Assembly (NCBI GenBank): GCA_946621635.1
Contig: CAMOOR010000002.1
Coordinates: 33,944 to 97,943 of the forward strand
From: an uncultured Bacteroidales bacterium
Lineage (GTDB): Bacteria > Bacteroidota > Bacteroidia > Bacteroidales > P3
Direction: 5' to 3'
Length of the DNA stretch: 64,000 nt
Made by a program: the position numbers and the translations under genes. Positions 17,131 through 24,671 of the stretch are shown piece by piece; position 1 is the first letter of the stretch, and each line of letters opens with the position of its first letter. Under the pieces are notes generated by a model that was not told where the DNA came from, did no database searches, and worked only from the letters and a program-made list of their open reading frames with translations.

Positions 17131-18035
17131 ATGACCGACACCATGACACCCTAGCAGCGGCACCGCTGCATGTCGCACATACGCAGCAAGGCCACGAAGC
17201 CGGAACTGCTGGTGCGGCGGTGGCTGTGGAGGCATGGGTATAGGTATCGGTTGAATGTGAGGAGTGTGCCGGGGAAGCCGGACATCGTGTTGAGGACTTA
17301 CCGCACGGCAATATTCGTCAACGGGTGCTTCTGGCACGGACATATCGTGAGAATGCGCGAATGTGGGAATGCGTTAATGCGTGAGTCAGAGGAACTGCAA
17401 AGCGGAAATAATCTACAAGATTTACAAGATTTCGCAAGTGCAGAGCGCGAGCAGGAGAATAAAGATATACCGAGCTCCCCCTGCTGCAAGATTCCGCAGA
17501 CCAACCGCAGCTTCTGGCTGGAGAAAATACGCCGCAACCAAGAGCACGACCAGCGCAACTACGCCCTGCTGCAGGACAACGGCTGGCAGGTCATCGTCGT
17601 ATGGGAGTGCCAACTGAAGTCCGACAAGATAGAGCGCACCATGCGCGAGGTGGAGCTGCTGCTGAACACCAATCTGCTATCCCGGTATAAACACACCCCC
17701 ATCCCTTACCCCACCGAGGAGGACGACCAATTGCCTATGGCCGCCGAGGATTAAAGATTCCACAGGTACTCTTTCAGGGGGACTTTGCCGGAGGGGGTGA
17801 GGTGGATGCCTTCGGAGGTCAGGAGGGAGGCTTGGGCGGGGTAGTGCGGGGCAAGGCGGCCGGAGGCGTTGACGACGCGGTGACAGGGGAGATCGGCATC
17901 GGGAGCCGTTCGCATGATGCGGCCCACCAGGCGGGAATGATTGGGCCAGCCACACAAGGCGGCGATACGGCCATAGGTAAGCACCCGCCCACGCGGTATC
18001 TGGCGGACGATGTCGTAGACCTCGGCTCGAAGGGT
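17131..18035. repeat. Segmental duplication, copy 1 (vsr plus convergent MGMT-like gene)
   Basis: It aligns by eye with 19117-19986 over most of its length, starting exactly at the vsr ATG. The aligned stretches I compared carry scattered substitutions. Confidence 0.85.
17170..17754 (+). CDS. vsr: Very-short-patch repair endonuclease, copy 1 (5'-truncated by an in-frame TAG, with a 43-codon in-frame insertion; possibly decaying)
   Basis: Vsr signature: SHIRSKATKPE...PGKPDIVL...AIFVNGCFWHGH...KIPQTNRSFWLEKIRRNQEHDQRN...GWQVIVVWECQL. The paralog's start (ATG 17131) is followed here by TAG at 17152-17154, where copy 2 has GAG. Confidence 0.7.
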   Translation: MSHIRSKATKPELLVRRWLWRHGYRYRLNVRSVPGKPDIVLRTYRTAIFVNGCFWHGHIVRMRECGNALMRESEELQSGNNLQDLQDFASAEREQENKDIPSSPCCKIPQTNRSFWLEKIRRNQEHDQRNYALLQDNGWQVIVVWECQLKSDKIERTMREVELLLNTNLLSRYKHTPIPYPTEEDDQLPMAAED

Positions 18036-18068
18036 GGCCTCGCTCGGCTGTGCTGCAACGTTTATCAT
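17751..18068 (-). CDS. MGMT-family protein (O6-alkylguanine transferase DNA-binding domain, PCHRV retained), copy 1
   Basis: EVYDIVRQIPRGRVLTYGRIA...DLPCHRVVNASG. The start is ambiguous (18068 or 18116). Its stop overlaps the vsr stop in a TTAA tetranucleotide. Confidence 0.75.
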   Translation of the reverse strand: MINVAAQPSEATLRAEVYDIVRQIPRGRVLTYGRIAALCGWPNHSRLVGRIMRTAPDADLPCHRVVNASGRLAPHYPAQASLLTSEGIHLTPSGKVPLKEYLWNL

Positions 18069-18180
18069 GAACGAATAACGCAATGCGTTGCCAATTATTG
18101 TTTCTCCTTTTATCATATTCCCCTGCTCGCGCTACGCGCTTGCGAGATCTCGTAGATCTTGTGGATTAACAGAAAAAATA

Positions 18181-18212
18181 TTTGGCCATTCCGGCGAAAA
18201 GTGTTACTTTTG
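18181..18212 (+). promoter_or_regulatory. Bacteroidota-type promoter (TTTG-N20-TACTTTTG) for the solute-binding protein gene
   Basis: TTTG sits at 18181-18184 and TActTTTG at 18205-18212. Confidence 0.5.
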
Positions 18213-18246
18213 CATTCGAAATAACGAGACAACGAACGAAAATCCT

Positions 18247-19077
18247 ATGAAGCAAAATAGAATCAAAATCTGGCTGCTCGTCGTGCTCCTGGCGCTGGCG
18301 GGAACGACGGCACTGGCGGCGTGCAGCGAGAAAGAGGACTCCCTCGCGGGGAGACCCACCGTTGAGCGCATCGAGCAGCGGGGGACGCTGCTGGTCGGCA
18401 CCACGGGCGACTACCGTCCGCTGTCGTTCCGCGAGCCGGAGACGGGCGAGTACTGGGGCTTCGCCATTGAGTTGGCCGAGGCCATGGCCAAGCGGATGGG
18501 CGTGGCGGTGGAGTTCGTGCCCACCTCGTGGCCCACGCTGACCGCCGACGTGCAGGCCGAGCCACAGCTGTTCGACATGGCCATGGGCGGCATCACCATC
18601 ACCGAAACGCGCTGCGCCACGATGCTGATGAGCGAAGGCTACCTGGCCAACGGCAAGACCATCCTCTGCCGCACGGAAGATACCGTACGCTTCCACTCGC
18701 TGGAGGACATCGACCGCCCGGAGGTGCGCGTGATGGTCAACCCCGGCGGCCTCAACGAGCAGTTCGCCCGCCAATACCTTACCCACGCCACCCTTATCGT
18801 ACACCCCAACAACGAGGAGATTCCCTCGCTCATCGCCGAGGGCGAAGCCGACGTGATGATCACCGAGATAACGGAAGCCCCCTACTATGTGCAGACCGAC
18901 GCGCGCCTGGCGGCGCCGCTACTCGACGCGCCCTTCACCCACGGCGAGATCGGCGTGCTGATGCGACAGGGACAGGACGACCTGCTGGCCCTCGTCAACA
19001 ACATCATCCGCCAGATGAAGTCCGACGGCACCCTCCGTCAACTGACCGAGAAGTACGGCCTGGTGTACGCCTACTGA
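18247..19077 (+). CDS. Periplasmic solute-binding lipoprotein (SBP_bac_3, amino-acid / cyclohexadienyl-dehydratase-like)
   Basis: The signal peptide has a lipobox (LAAC). LLVGTTGDYRPLSF...WGFAIELAEAMAKRMG...GGITITETR is typical of family-3 binding proteins. No permease or ATPase gene lies nearby. Confidence 0.8.
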   Translation: MKQNRIKIWLLVVLLALAGTTALAACSEKEDSLAGRPTVERIEQRGTLLVGTTGDYRPLSFREPETGEYWGFAIELAEAMAKRMGVAVEFVPTSWPTLTADVQAEPQLFDMAMGGITITETRCATMLMSEGYLANGKTILCRTEDTVRFHSLEDIDRPEVRVMVNPGGLNEQFARQYLTHATLIVHPNNEEIPSLIAEGEADVMITEITEAPYYVQTDARLAAPLLDAPFTHGEIGVLMRQGQDDLLALVNNIIRQMKSDGTLRQLTEKYGLVYAY

Positions 19078-19116
19078 AAAACAGAAACCAAGACCCACAG
19101 AATACCGCAACACCCC

Positions 19117-19662
19117 ATGACCGACACCATGACATCCGAGCAGCGGCACCGCTGCATGTCGCACATACGCAGCAAGGCCACGAAGCCGGAACTGCTGGTG
19201 CGGCAGTGGCTATGGGGGCATGGGTATCGATACAGATTGAACGTAAAGAGTGTGCCGGGCAAGCCGGACATCGTGCTGCGGCCCTACCGCACGGCGATAT
19301 TCGTCAACGGGTGCTTCTGGCACGGACACGGTGTGCGGCCGGAGGCCGCACAAATTGAAAATTCAAAATTGAAAATTGAAAGCTCCCCCTGCTGCAAGAT
19401 TCCACAGACCAACCGCAGCTTCTGGCTGGAGAAGATACGCCGCAACCAGGAGCGCGACCAGCGCAACTACGCCCTGCTGCAGGACAACGGCTGGCAGGTC
19501 ATCGTCGTCTGGGAGTGCCAACTGAAGCCCGACAAGATAGAACACACCATGCGTGAGGTGGAGCTGATGTTAAATAGCAACATGCTTTCGATTTACAAGC
19601 ATCATCCAGTCCCATACTCCACAGAGGAAGAGATGCCTATGCCGAAGGCGGCGGAAAACTGA
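19117..19662 (+). CDS. vsr: Very-short-patch repair endonuclease, copy 2 (full N-terminus, with a 17-codon in-frame insertion)
   Basis: MTDTMTSEQRHRCMSHIRSKATKPE...CFWHGH-[insert]-SSPCCKIPQTNRSFWLEKIRRNQERD...VVWECQL. Confidence 0.85.
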   Translation: MTDTMTSEQRHRCMSHIRSKATKPELLVRQWLWGHGYRYRLNVKSVPGKPDIVLRPYRTAIFVNGCFWHGHGVRPEAAQIENSKLKIESSPCCKIPQTNRSFWLEKIRRNQERDQRNYALLQDNGWQVIVVWECQLKPDKIEHTMREVELMLNSNMLSIYKHHPVPYSTEEEMPMPKAAEN

Positions 19663-19986
19663 TGGAGTTTAGCTCCAACAAGGCAATAAATCTTGCAATT
19701 ATTCTATCACCCACAAGTACTCTTTCAGCGGGACATTGCCGGAGGGGGTGAGGTGGATGCCTTCGGCGGACAGGAGGGAGGCTTGGGCGGGGTAGTGCGG
19801 GGCGAGGCGGCCGGAGGCGTTGACGACGCGGTGGCAGGGAAGATCGGCATCGGGAGCCCCACGCATGATGCGGCCCACTAGGCGCGCATGATTGGGCCAG
19901 CCGCATAAGGCGGCGATACGGCCATAGGTGAGTACCCGCCCGCGCGGTATCTGTCGGACGATGTCGTAGACCTCGGCACGAAGGGT
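19117..19986. repeat. Segmental duplication, copy 2 (vsr plus convergent MGMT-like gene)
   Basis: See copy 1. Confidence 0.85.
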
Positions 19987-20031
19987 CTCTTCTGTGGGTT
20001 GCACTCTCATACCTTCAGGAACGCTATCCAC
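19699..20031 (-). CDS. MGMT-family protein (PCHRV retained), copy 2
   Basis: It is near-identical to copy 1 from TLRAEVYDIVRQIPRGRVLTYGRIA onward. The start is 20031 or 20010. Confidence 0.75.
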   Translation of the reverse strand: MDSVPEGMRVQPTEETLRAEVYDIVRQIPRGRVLTYGRIAALCGWPNHARLVGRIMRGAPDADLPCHRVVNASGRLAPHYPAQASLLSAEGIHLTPSGNVPLKEYLWVIE

Positions 20032-20127
20032 GCCATAATATTGCCACGGCGCGTCGGTCGAAAAAAGATTTTCCCTTCTATGTCAAATAAAATGTGTATT
20101 TTTGCACTTCAATTTATAGACAGAAAG

Positions 20128-21351
20128 ATGAAGAAAATCTACACCTTTATGATGGCCGCCCTGTGTCTGATGGCCATCGGATGCAAGCAGAAAACAACTG
20201 AGAAAACCACCGACATGCAGTATCGTCCGCTGGGTGCCACTGGGCTGGAAGTGAGCGAGATCAGCATCGGATGTGGCGGCTTCGAGAAACTGGACAGTGC
20301 CGCCTCGCTCGAGCTGATGACCATGGCGCTGGACAGCGGCATGAACTACATCGACATCTACGATGCCAGCCCTAAGACGCGCTCCAATATCGGCTATGCC
20401 CTCCAGGGCCGCCGCGACGAGATGATCATCCAGGGCCACATCGGCACCATCTACAAGGACGGCCAGCACACCCGCACGCGCGACGTGGAGGAGACCAAGG
20501 CCGGTTTCGAGGACCTCCTTGCCCGTCTGCACACCGACCACATCGAGGTGGGCATGATCCACATCACCGACAGCCACGAGGAATGGGAAGAGATACAGAA
20601 CTCGCCCTTCCTCGACTACGTCTTCCAGCTGAAGAAAGAGGGCAAAATCAAGCACATAGGCCTCAGCAGCCACAACGCCGAGGTGGCCCTGCGCGCCGCC
20701 AAGAGCGGATGGGTCGAGGTCATCATGTTCAGTCTCAACCCCGCCTTCGACCAGCTGCGCGGCGGCGCCATCCCCTGGGACAAGGGCGCCATGGACAACC
20801 TCCAGGGCGGCATCGACCCCGTGCGCGTGGAGTTCTACGACTACTGCGCCACGCACCACATCGGCGTCACCGTCATGAAAACCTTCGGCGGCGGCGGCAA
20901 GCTGCTCGACGAGAAAGCCTCGCCCCTCGGCGTGGCCTACACCCCCGAGCAGTGCATAGCCTACTGCCTGGCCAAGCCCTGCATCTCCACCTGCATCCTC
21001 GGCATCGACAACCTCGACGAGCTGAAGCGCGACCTCCACTGGCTCCACGCCACCGAGGCCGAGAAAGACTACACCAACGTCGCCAAGCGCGAAAAACCCA
21101 CCCTCGGCGGCGACTGCACCTACTGCAACCACTGCTCGCCCTGCACCCAGGGCATCCCCATCGCCCGCGTCAACGAACTGCTCGACAAAGCCGAGCTCAA
21201 CGGCCTCACCGACGACATCCAGGCGCAATACAACCTCCTCGACCACAAGGCCTCCGAGTGCACCCACTGCGGTGCCTGCCTCAGCCGCTGCCCCTTCGGC
21301 GTCGACATCCCCGCCCGCATGGACGCCGCCAAAGCCCTGTTCGAAAAATAG
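20128..21351 (+). CDS. Aldo/keto reductase with a C-terminal 4Fe-4S ferredoxin domain
   Basis: MQYRPLGATGLEVSEISIGCGGF is AKR-like. The C-terminus has CTYCNHCSPC...CTHCGACLSRCP. The start is uncertain: 20128 (MKKIY..., lipoprotein-like leader) or the internal MQYRPLG. A TAttTTTG box lies at 20097-20104. Confidence 0.8.
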   Translation: MKKIYTFMMAALCLMAIGCKQKTTEKTTDMQYRPLGATGLEVSEISIGCGGFEKLDSAASLELMTMALDSGMNYIDIYDASPKTRSNIGYALQGRRDEMIIQGHIGTIYKDGQHTRTRDVEETKAGFEDLLARLHTDHIEVGMIHITDSHEEWEEIQNSPFLDYVFQLKKEGKIKHIGLSSHNAEVALRAAKSGWVEVIMFSLNPAFDQLRGGAIPWDKGAMDNLQGGIDPVRVEFYDYCATHHIGVTVMKTFGGGGKLLDEKASPLGVAYTPEQCIAYCLAKPCISTCILGIDNLDELKRDLHWLHATEAEKDYTNVAKREKPTLGGDCTYCNHCSPCTQGIPIARVNELLDKAELNGLTDDIQAQYNLLDHKASECTHCGACLSRCPFGVDIPARMDAAKALFEK

Positions 21352-21372
21352 ATAAAAAACACAGCCTTCCCA

Positions 21373-24309
21373 ATGACAGAAAAACAACAAACCGCAGCCG
21401 CCAAAGCTTTTTCCAGACGCTGGTCGGGCCATGGATATGAAAAAGGGGAGACGCAGTCCTTTTGGTCGGACCTACTGCGCACTGTCTTCGACAGCGAGAA
21501 GGCGGGCGTCACAATTGAATATGAAAAACCTATAAAGAAAGGCAAAGGCGAGACACAATACATCGACGCCTACATTCCTGCCACAAAGGTGCTCATCGAG
21601 CAAAAGGGTGCAGGTATCGAATTGTCACGGCACCAGCAACGGAAAAACCAAATTCCTATCACACCCTACGGCCAGGCAAAACAATATGCCGATAACCTAC
21701 CATACTCGGAAAAACCCAGATGGATCATCACTTGCAACTTCCGAGAAATATGGGTATACGACATGGACATGGTCCTTCCGCAGCCCGAGAAGATAATGCT
21801 TTCTGACCTCGGAACCGAGTGGCATCGCTTGCGGTTTCTAACTGATACAGGACGGGGCATGCAATCAAAAGAGGTCCGGGTATCCATCAAGGCCGGCCAG
21901 CTCGTGGGCGAAATCTATGATGCTCTGCTTAAACAGTACGCCATACCCTCCGACGAGTCACTTCGCTGGCTCAACATCCTGTGTGTACGTCTGGTTTTCT
22001 GCCTCTACGCCGAGGATGCAGGCATCTTCCGCCGCGACCTTTTCCACGACTACCTCGCTAACTGCGCCACCTCCGACCTACGCGGTGCCATCATCGACCT
22101 ATTCAAGACCCTCAACACTCCCGAACATCAGCGTAGCCCCTATCTGAATCAGAACCTTGCCGCTTTCCCCTATACCAATGGAGGTCTCTTCGCCGAAGAG
22201 ATAGAAGTGCCTCAATTTACCGACGAAATTAAATCCCTGCTCATCAAACACGCCAGCGACGATTTCGATTGGAGCGAGATTTCTCCCACTATTTTCGGCG
22301 CGGTGTTCGAGAGCACGCTCAATCCCGACACTCGTCGCAGCGGGGGCATGCATTATACAAGCATAGAAAACATCCACAAAGTCATCGACCCCCTGTTTTT
22401 AGACAGTCTAAGGAACGATTTAAACAAAGCCTTGTCCGCCAAGGAGAAACGGTCGGACAAACTGAGAGCATTCCAGCAACGACTTGCTTCGCTGACCTTC
22501 CTCGACCCCGCATGTGGTAGCGGCAATTTCCTTACGGAAACCTATCTTTCACTTCGACGACTTGAAAACCAAGCCATCCGCGCTCTCTACGGAGAAGGAA
22601 TCCTAGGTTCTGTGCATAATCCCGTAAAGGTCAGCATAGGACAGTTTTTCGGTATTGAAATCAATGATTTTGCTGTCACCGTAGCTACCACAGCCCTTTG
22701 GATTAGCGAAGCACAGATGCTCGCAGAAACCGAGAAGATTGTACAACACGACATCGATTTTCTGCCACTGAAAAGCTACACAAACATTCACGAAGGCAAC
22801 GCCCTGCGCATGGATTGGGATACCCTCTCACCATCCATGCCGGACAATCTCATCTACACCGACAAACTCAATATCTACCAGACCAACGACGACGAGACCA
22901 CCATCATGGTCTCCGAACCTCCCTCTCCTTATGGCAGTGTGCACAAAGAGTTAAACGTCATTGCCCACCAGGTGGAATACCGTAACATCAACGAACTACA
23001 TCGTCATCCCGTCGCCCCTATCGCCTACGACTACATCATGGGCAATCCCCCGTTCGTCGGCGCCCGCATGATGAGTGAGGGACAGAAAAGCGATGTGGTT
23101 TCCGTGTTTGGCCCACACTGGAAGAACGTGGGCAACCTCGACTATGTCTGTTGCTGGTACAAGAAAGCCTCCGACCTGATGCTCGCCAACCCGGGCACTC
23201 GCACAGCACTGGTATCGACCAACAGCATCACACAGGGCGAGCAAGTGGCTAATCTCTGGCAGCCCCTGCTGCAGCATGGTCTGCATATAGATTTTGCATA
23301 TCGCACCTTCCGCTGGGACAGCGAATCGTCGCTCAAGGCCCATGTGCATTGTGTCATCGTTGGATTCAGCCACTCCAACACTCGTCCTCGAATAATCTTT
23401 GATGGCGACAGCCGTACCGAAGCCTCCAACATCAATGCCTACCTGATTGACGCACCCAACATCTACGTCGGCAGCCGTCAACATCCACTGTGCGACGTGC
23501 CTCCCCTGCTTACCGGAAGTCAGCGCATCGACAACGACCTCTTCATGTTCACCGACAAGGAGAAAGATGCCTTTATAAAAAGGGAGCCGCTGTCGTCAAA
23601 GTTTTTCCATCGCTGGTATGGTGCTGACGAGTTTATCAATAACCGTCCAAGATGGGTGCTATATCTCGGAAACGCCACTCCGGCCGAACTTCATGCCATG
23701 CCCCACTGCAGAAAAATACTACAGCAGGTGAAAGAATACCGCATGGCCAGCGGCAGAAAACAAACCCAGAAAGCCGCTCTCACGCCGAACAAGTTCGGGC
23801 TGGAAGTGATTCCCAAGGGGAACTACATGATTGTCCCTGTCGTTTCATCCGAACGACGCTTGTATGTGCCCATGGGATTCATGTCGCCCGAAGTCATGTG
23901 CAGCAACCAGGTAAACCTCATCCCCGACGCTACCCTCTACCATTTCGGCGTGCTCGAAAGCAGCGTGCACATGGCATGGATGCGGGCGGTGTGTGGCAGA
24001 CTGGAAATGCGTTATCGCTATTCCAAGGACATTGTCTACAACAACTTCCCCTGGCCGGAGCCAACGGAAGAACAGAAAGCCCGGATCGGACAGACCGCGC
24101 AGGCCATCCTCGATGCCCGCGCCCTCTACCCCGACAGCTCCCTGGCCGCTCTCTACGACGACCTGACCATGCCATCCGAACTGCGCAAGGCACACCAGGA
24201 TAACGACTGCGCCGTGATGCAAACCTATGGCTTCGACCCCAAATCCACCTCCGAAAGCCAGTGCATTGCAACCTTGTTCAAACTCTATCAAGAACACTCC
24301 AATGGCTGA
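21373..24309 (+). CDS. MmeI-family Type IIL restriction-modification enzyme (fused endonuclease plus N6-adenine methyltransferase plus specificity domain)
   Basis: It resembles MmeI along its whole length as I remember that sequence. The nuclease motif is YIDAY...VLIEQKG (D..ExK). Other matches are LVFCLYAEDAGIF, LAAFPYTNGGLF, MTase motif I FLDPACGSGNFL, motif IV GNPPFVG, STNSITQGEQV and LYDDLTMPSELRKAH. Confidence 0.9.
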   Translation: MTEKQQTAAAKAFSRRWSGHGYEKGETQSFWSDLLRTVFDSEKAGVTIEYEKPIKKGKGETQYIDAYIPATKVLIEQKGAGIELSRHQQRKNQIPITPYGQAKQYADNLPYSEKPRWIITCNFREIWVYDMDMVLPQPEKIMLSDLGTEWHRLRFLTDTGRGMQSKEVRVSIKAGQLVGEIYDALLKQYAIPSDESLRWLNILCVRLVFCLYAEDAGIFRRDLFHDYLANCATSDLRGAIIDLFKTLNTPEHQRSPYLNQNLAAFPYTNGGLFAEEIEVPQFTDEIKSLLIKHASDDFDWSEISPTIFGAVFESTLNPDTRRSGGMHYTSIENIHKVIDPLFLDSLRNDLNKALSAKEKRSDKLRAFQQRLASLTFLDPACGSGNFLTETYLSLRRLENQAIRALYGEGILGSVHNPVKVSIGQFFGIEINDFAVTVATTALWISEAQMLAETEKIVQHDIDFLPLKSYTNIHEGNALRMDWDTLSPSMPDNLIYTDKLNIYQTNDDETTIMVSEPPSPYGSVHKELNVIAHQVEYRNINELHRHPVAPIAYDYIMGNPPFVGARMMSEGQKSDVVSVFGPHWKNVGNLDYVCCWYKKASDLMLANPGTRTALVSTNSITQGEQVANLWQPLLQHGLHIDFAYRTFRWDSESSLKAHVHCVIVGFSHSNTRPRIIFDGDSRTEASNINAYLIDAPNIYVGSRQHPLCDVPPLLTGSQRIDNDLFMFTDKEKDAFIKREPLSSKFFHRWYGADEFINNRPRWVLYLGNATPAELHAMPHCRKILQQVKEYRMASGRKQTQKAALTPNKFGLEVIPKGNYMIVPVVSSERRLYVPMGFMSPEVMCSNQVNLIPDATLYHFGVLESSVHMAWMRAVCGRLEMRYRYSKDIVYNNFPWPEPTEEQKARIGQTAQAILDARALYPDSSLAALYDDLTMPSELRKAHQDNDCAVMQTYGFDPKSTSESQCIATLFKLYQEHSNG

Positions 24310-24377
24310 CCGCCAACGCTGCGGGAACGAGAAGCCATTTTGTCAAACCAACAGACCAACGAAGGGCCTACCAATGC

Positions 24378-24448
24378 CCTACCAACTCCTACGATGGTAG
24401 GAGTTGGTAAGGAGTTGGTAAGGAGTTGATAAGGGGATGGTAAGGGGG
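24378..24448 (+). repeat. Palindrome plus 11-bp GGTAAGG array element, copy A
   Basis: ccctaccaactcctac-gatg-gtaggagttggtaagg forms a 13-bp stem. It is followed by ggtaaggagtt / ggtaaggagtt / gataaggggat / ggtaaggggg. The left flank also carries complementary 11-mers (ctaccaatgcc, ctaccaactcc). Confidence 0.85.
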
Positions 24449-24613
24449 TTATGGCTCTAAAAGCCATGTTTTTGCGGGGTTGGAGGCGGGAAACGAGGCG
24501 TTTGGGGCGAAAAACGGGTTTTTCAGGGAGGTGTTTTTGTCAAATCGGAAGGGGAAGGCGGGGGCCGGAGGAGGGGTCCGGGGAGGGGTTCGGATGGCGA
24601 AGTGAAGAAAAAT

Positions 24614-24644
24614 TTTGCCGTGTCGGAGAAAAATCGTATTTTTG
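24614..24644 (+). promoter_or_regulatory. Bacteroidota-type promoter for lepA (TTTG-N19-TATTTTTG)
   Basis: TTTG sits at 24614-24617 and TAttTTTG at 24637-24644. The context aaaattttgcc is shared with the rimP promoter. Confidence 0.55.
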
Positions 24645-24671
24645 CACTTTTGAAACTTTGACCCTAACGCA

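Noticed and set aside
17344-17472. vsr inserts as mini-inteins or self-splicing introns
   Set aside because: They are far too short (17 and 43 codons) and lack intein splice-junction residues or intron structure. Their composition is simple tandem repeats.
21373-24309. The large methyltransferase as BREX PglX
   Set aside because: It has the MmeI-type N-terminal D..ExK nuclease motif, and no brxA/B/C/L or pglZ genes flank it.
24395-24448. Whether the GGTAAGG arrays (and the other 7- and 11-mer arrays) are CRISPR arrays
   Set aside because: The units are 7-11 bp and directly tandem with no spacers. No cas genes are present, so they are micro- or minisatellite-type repeats.
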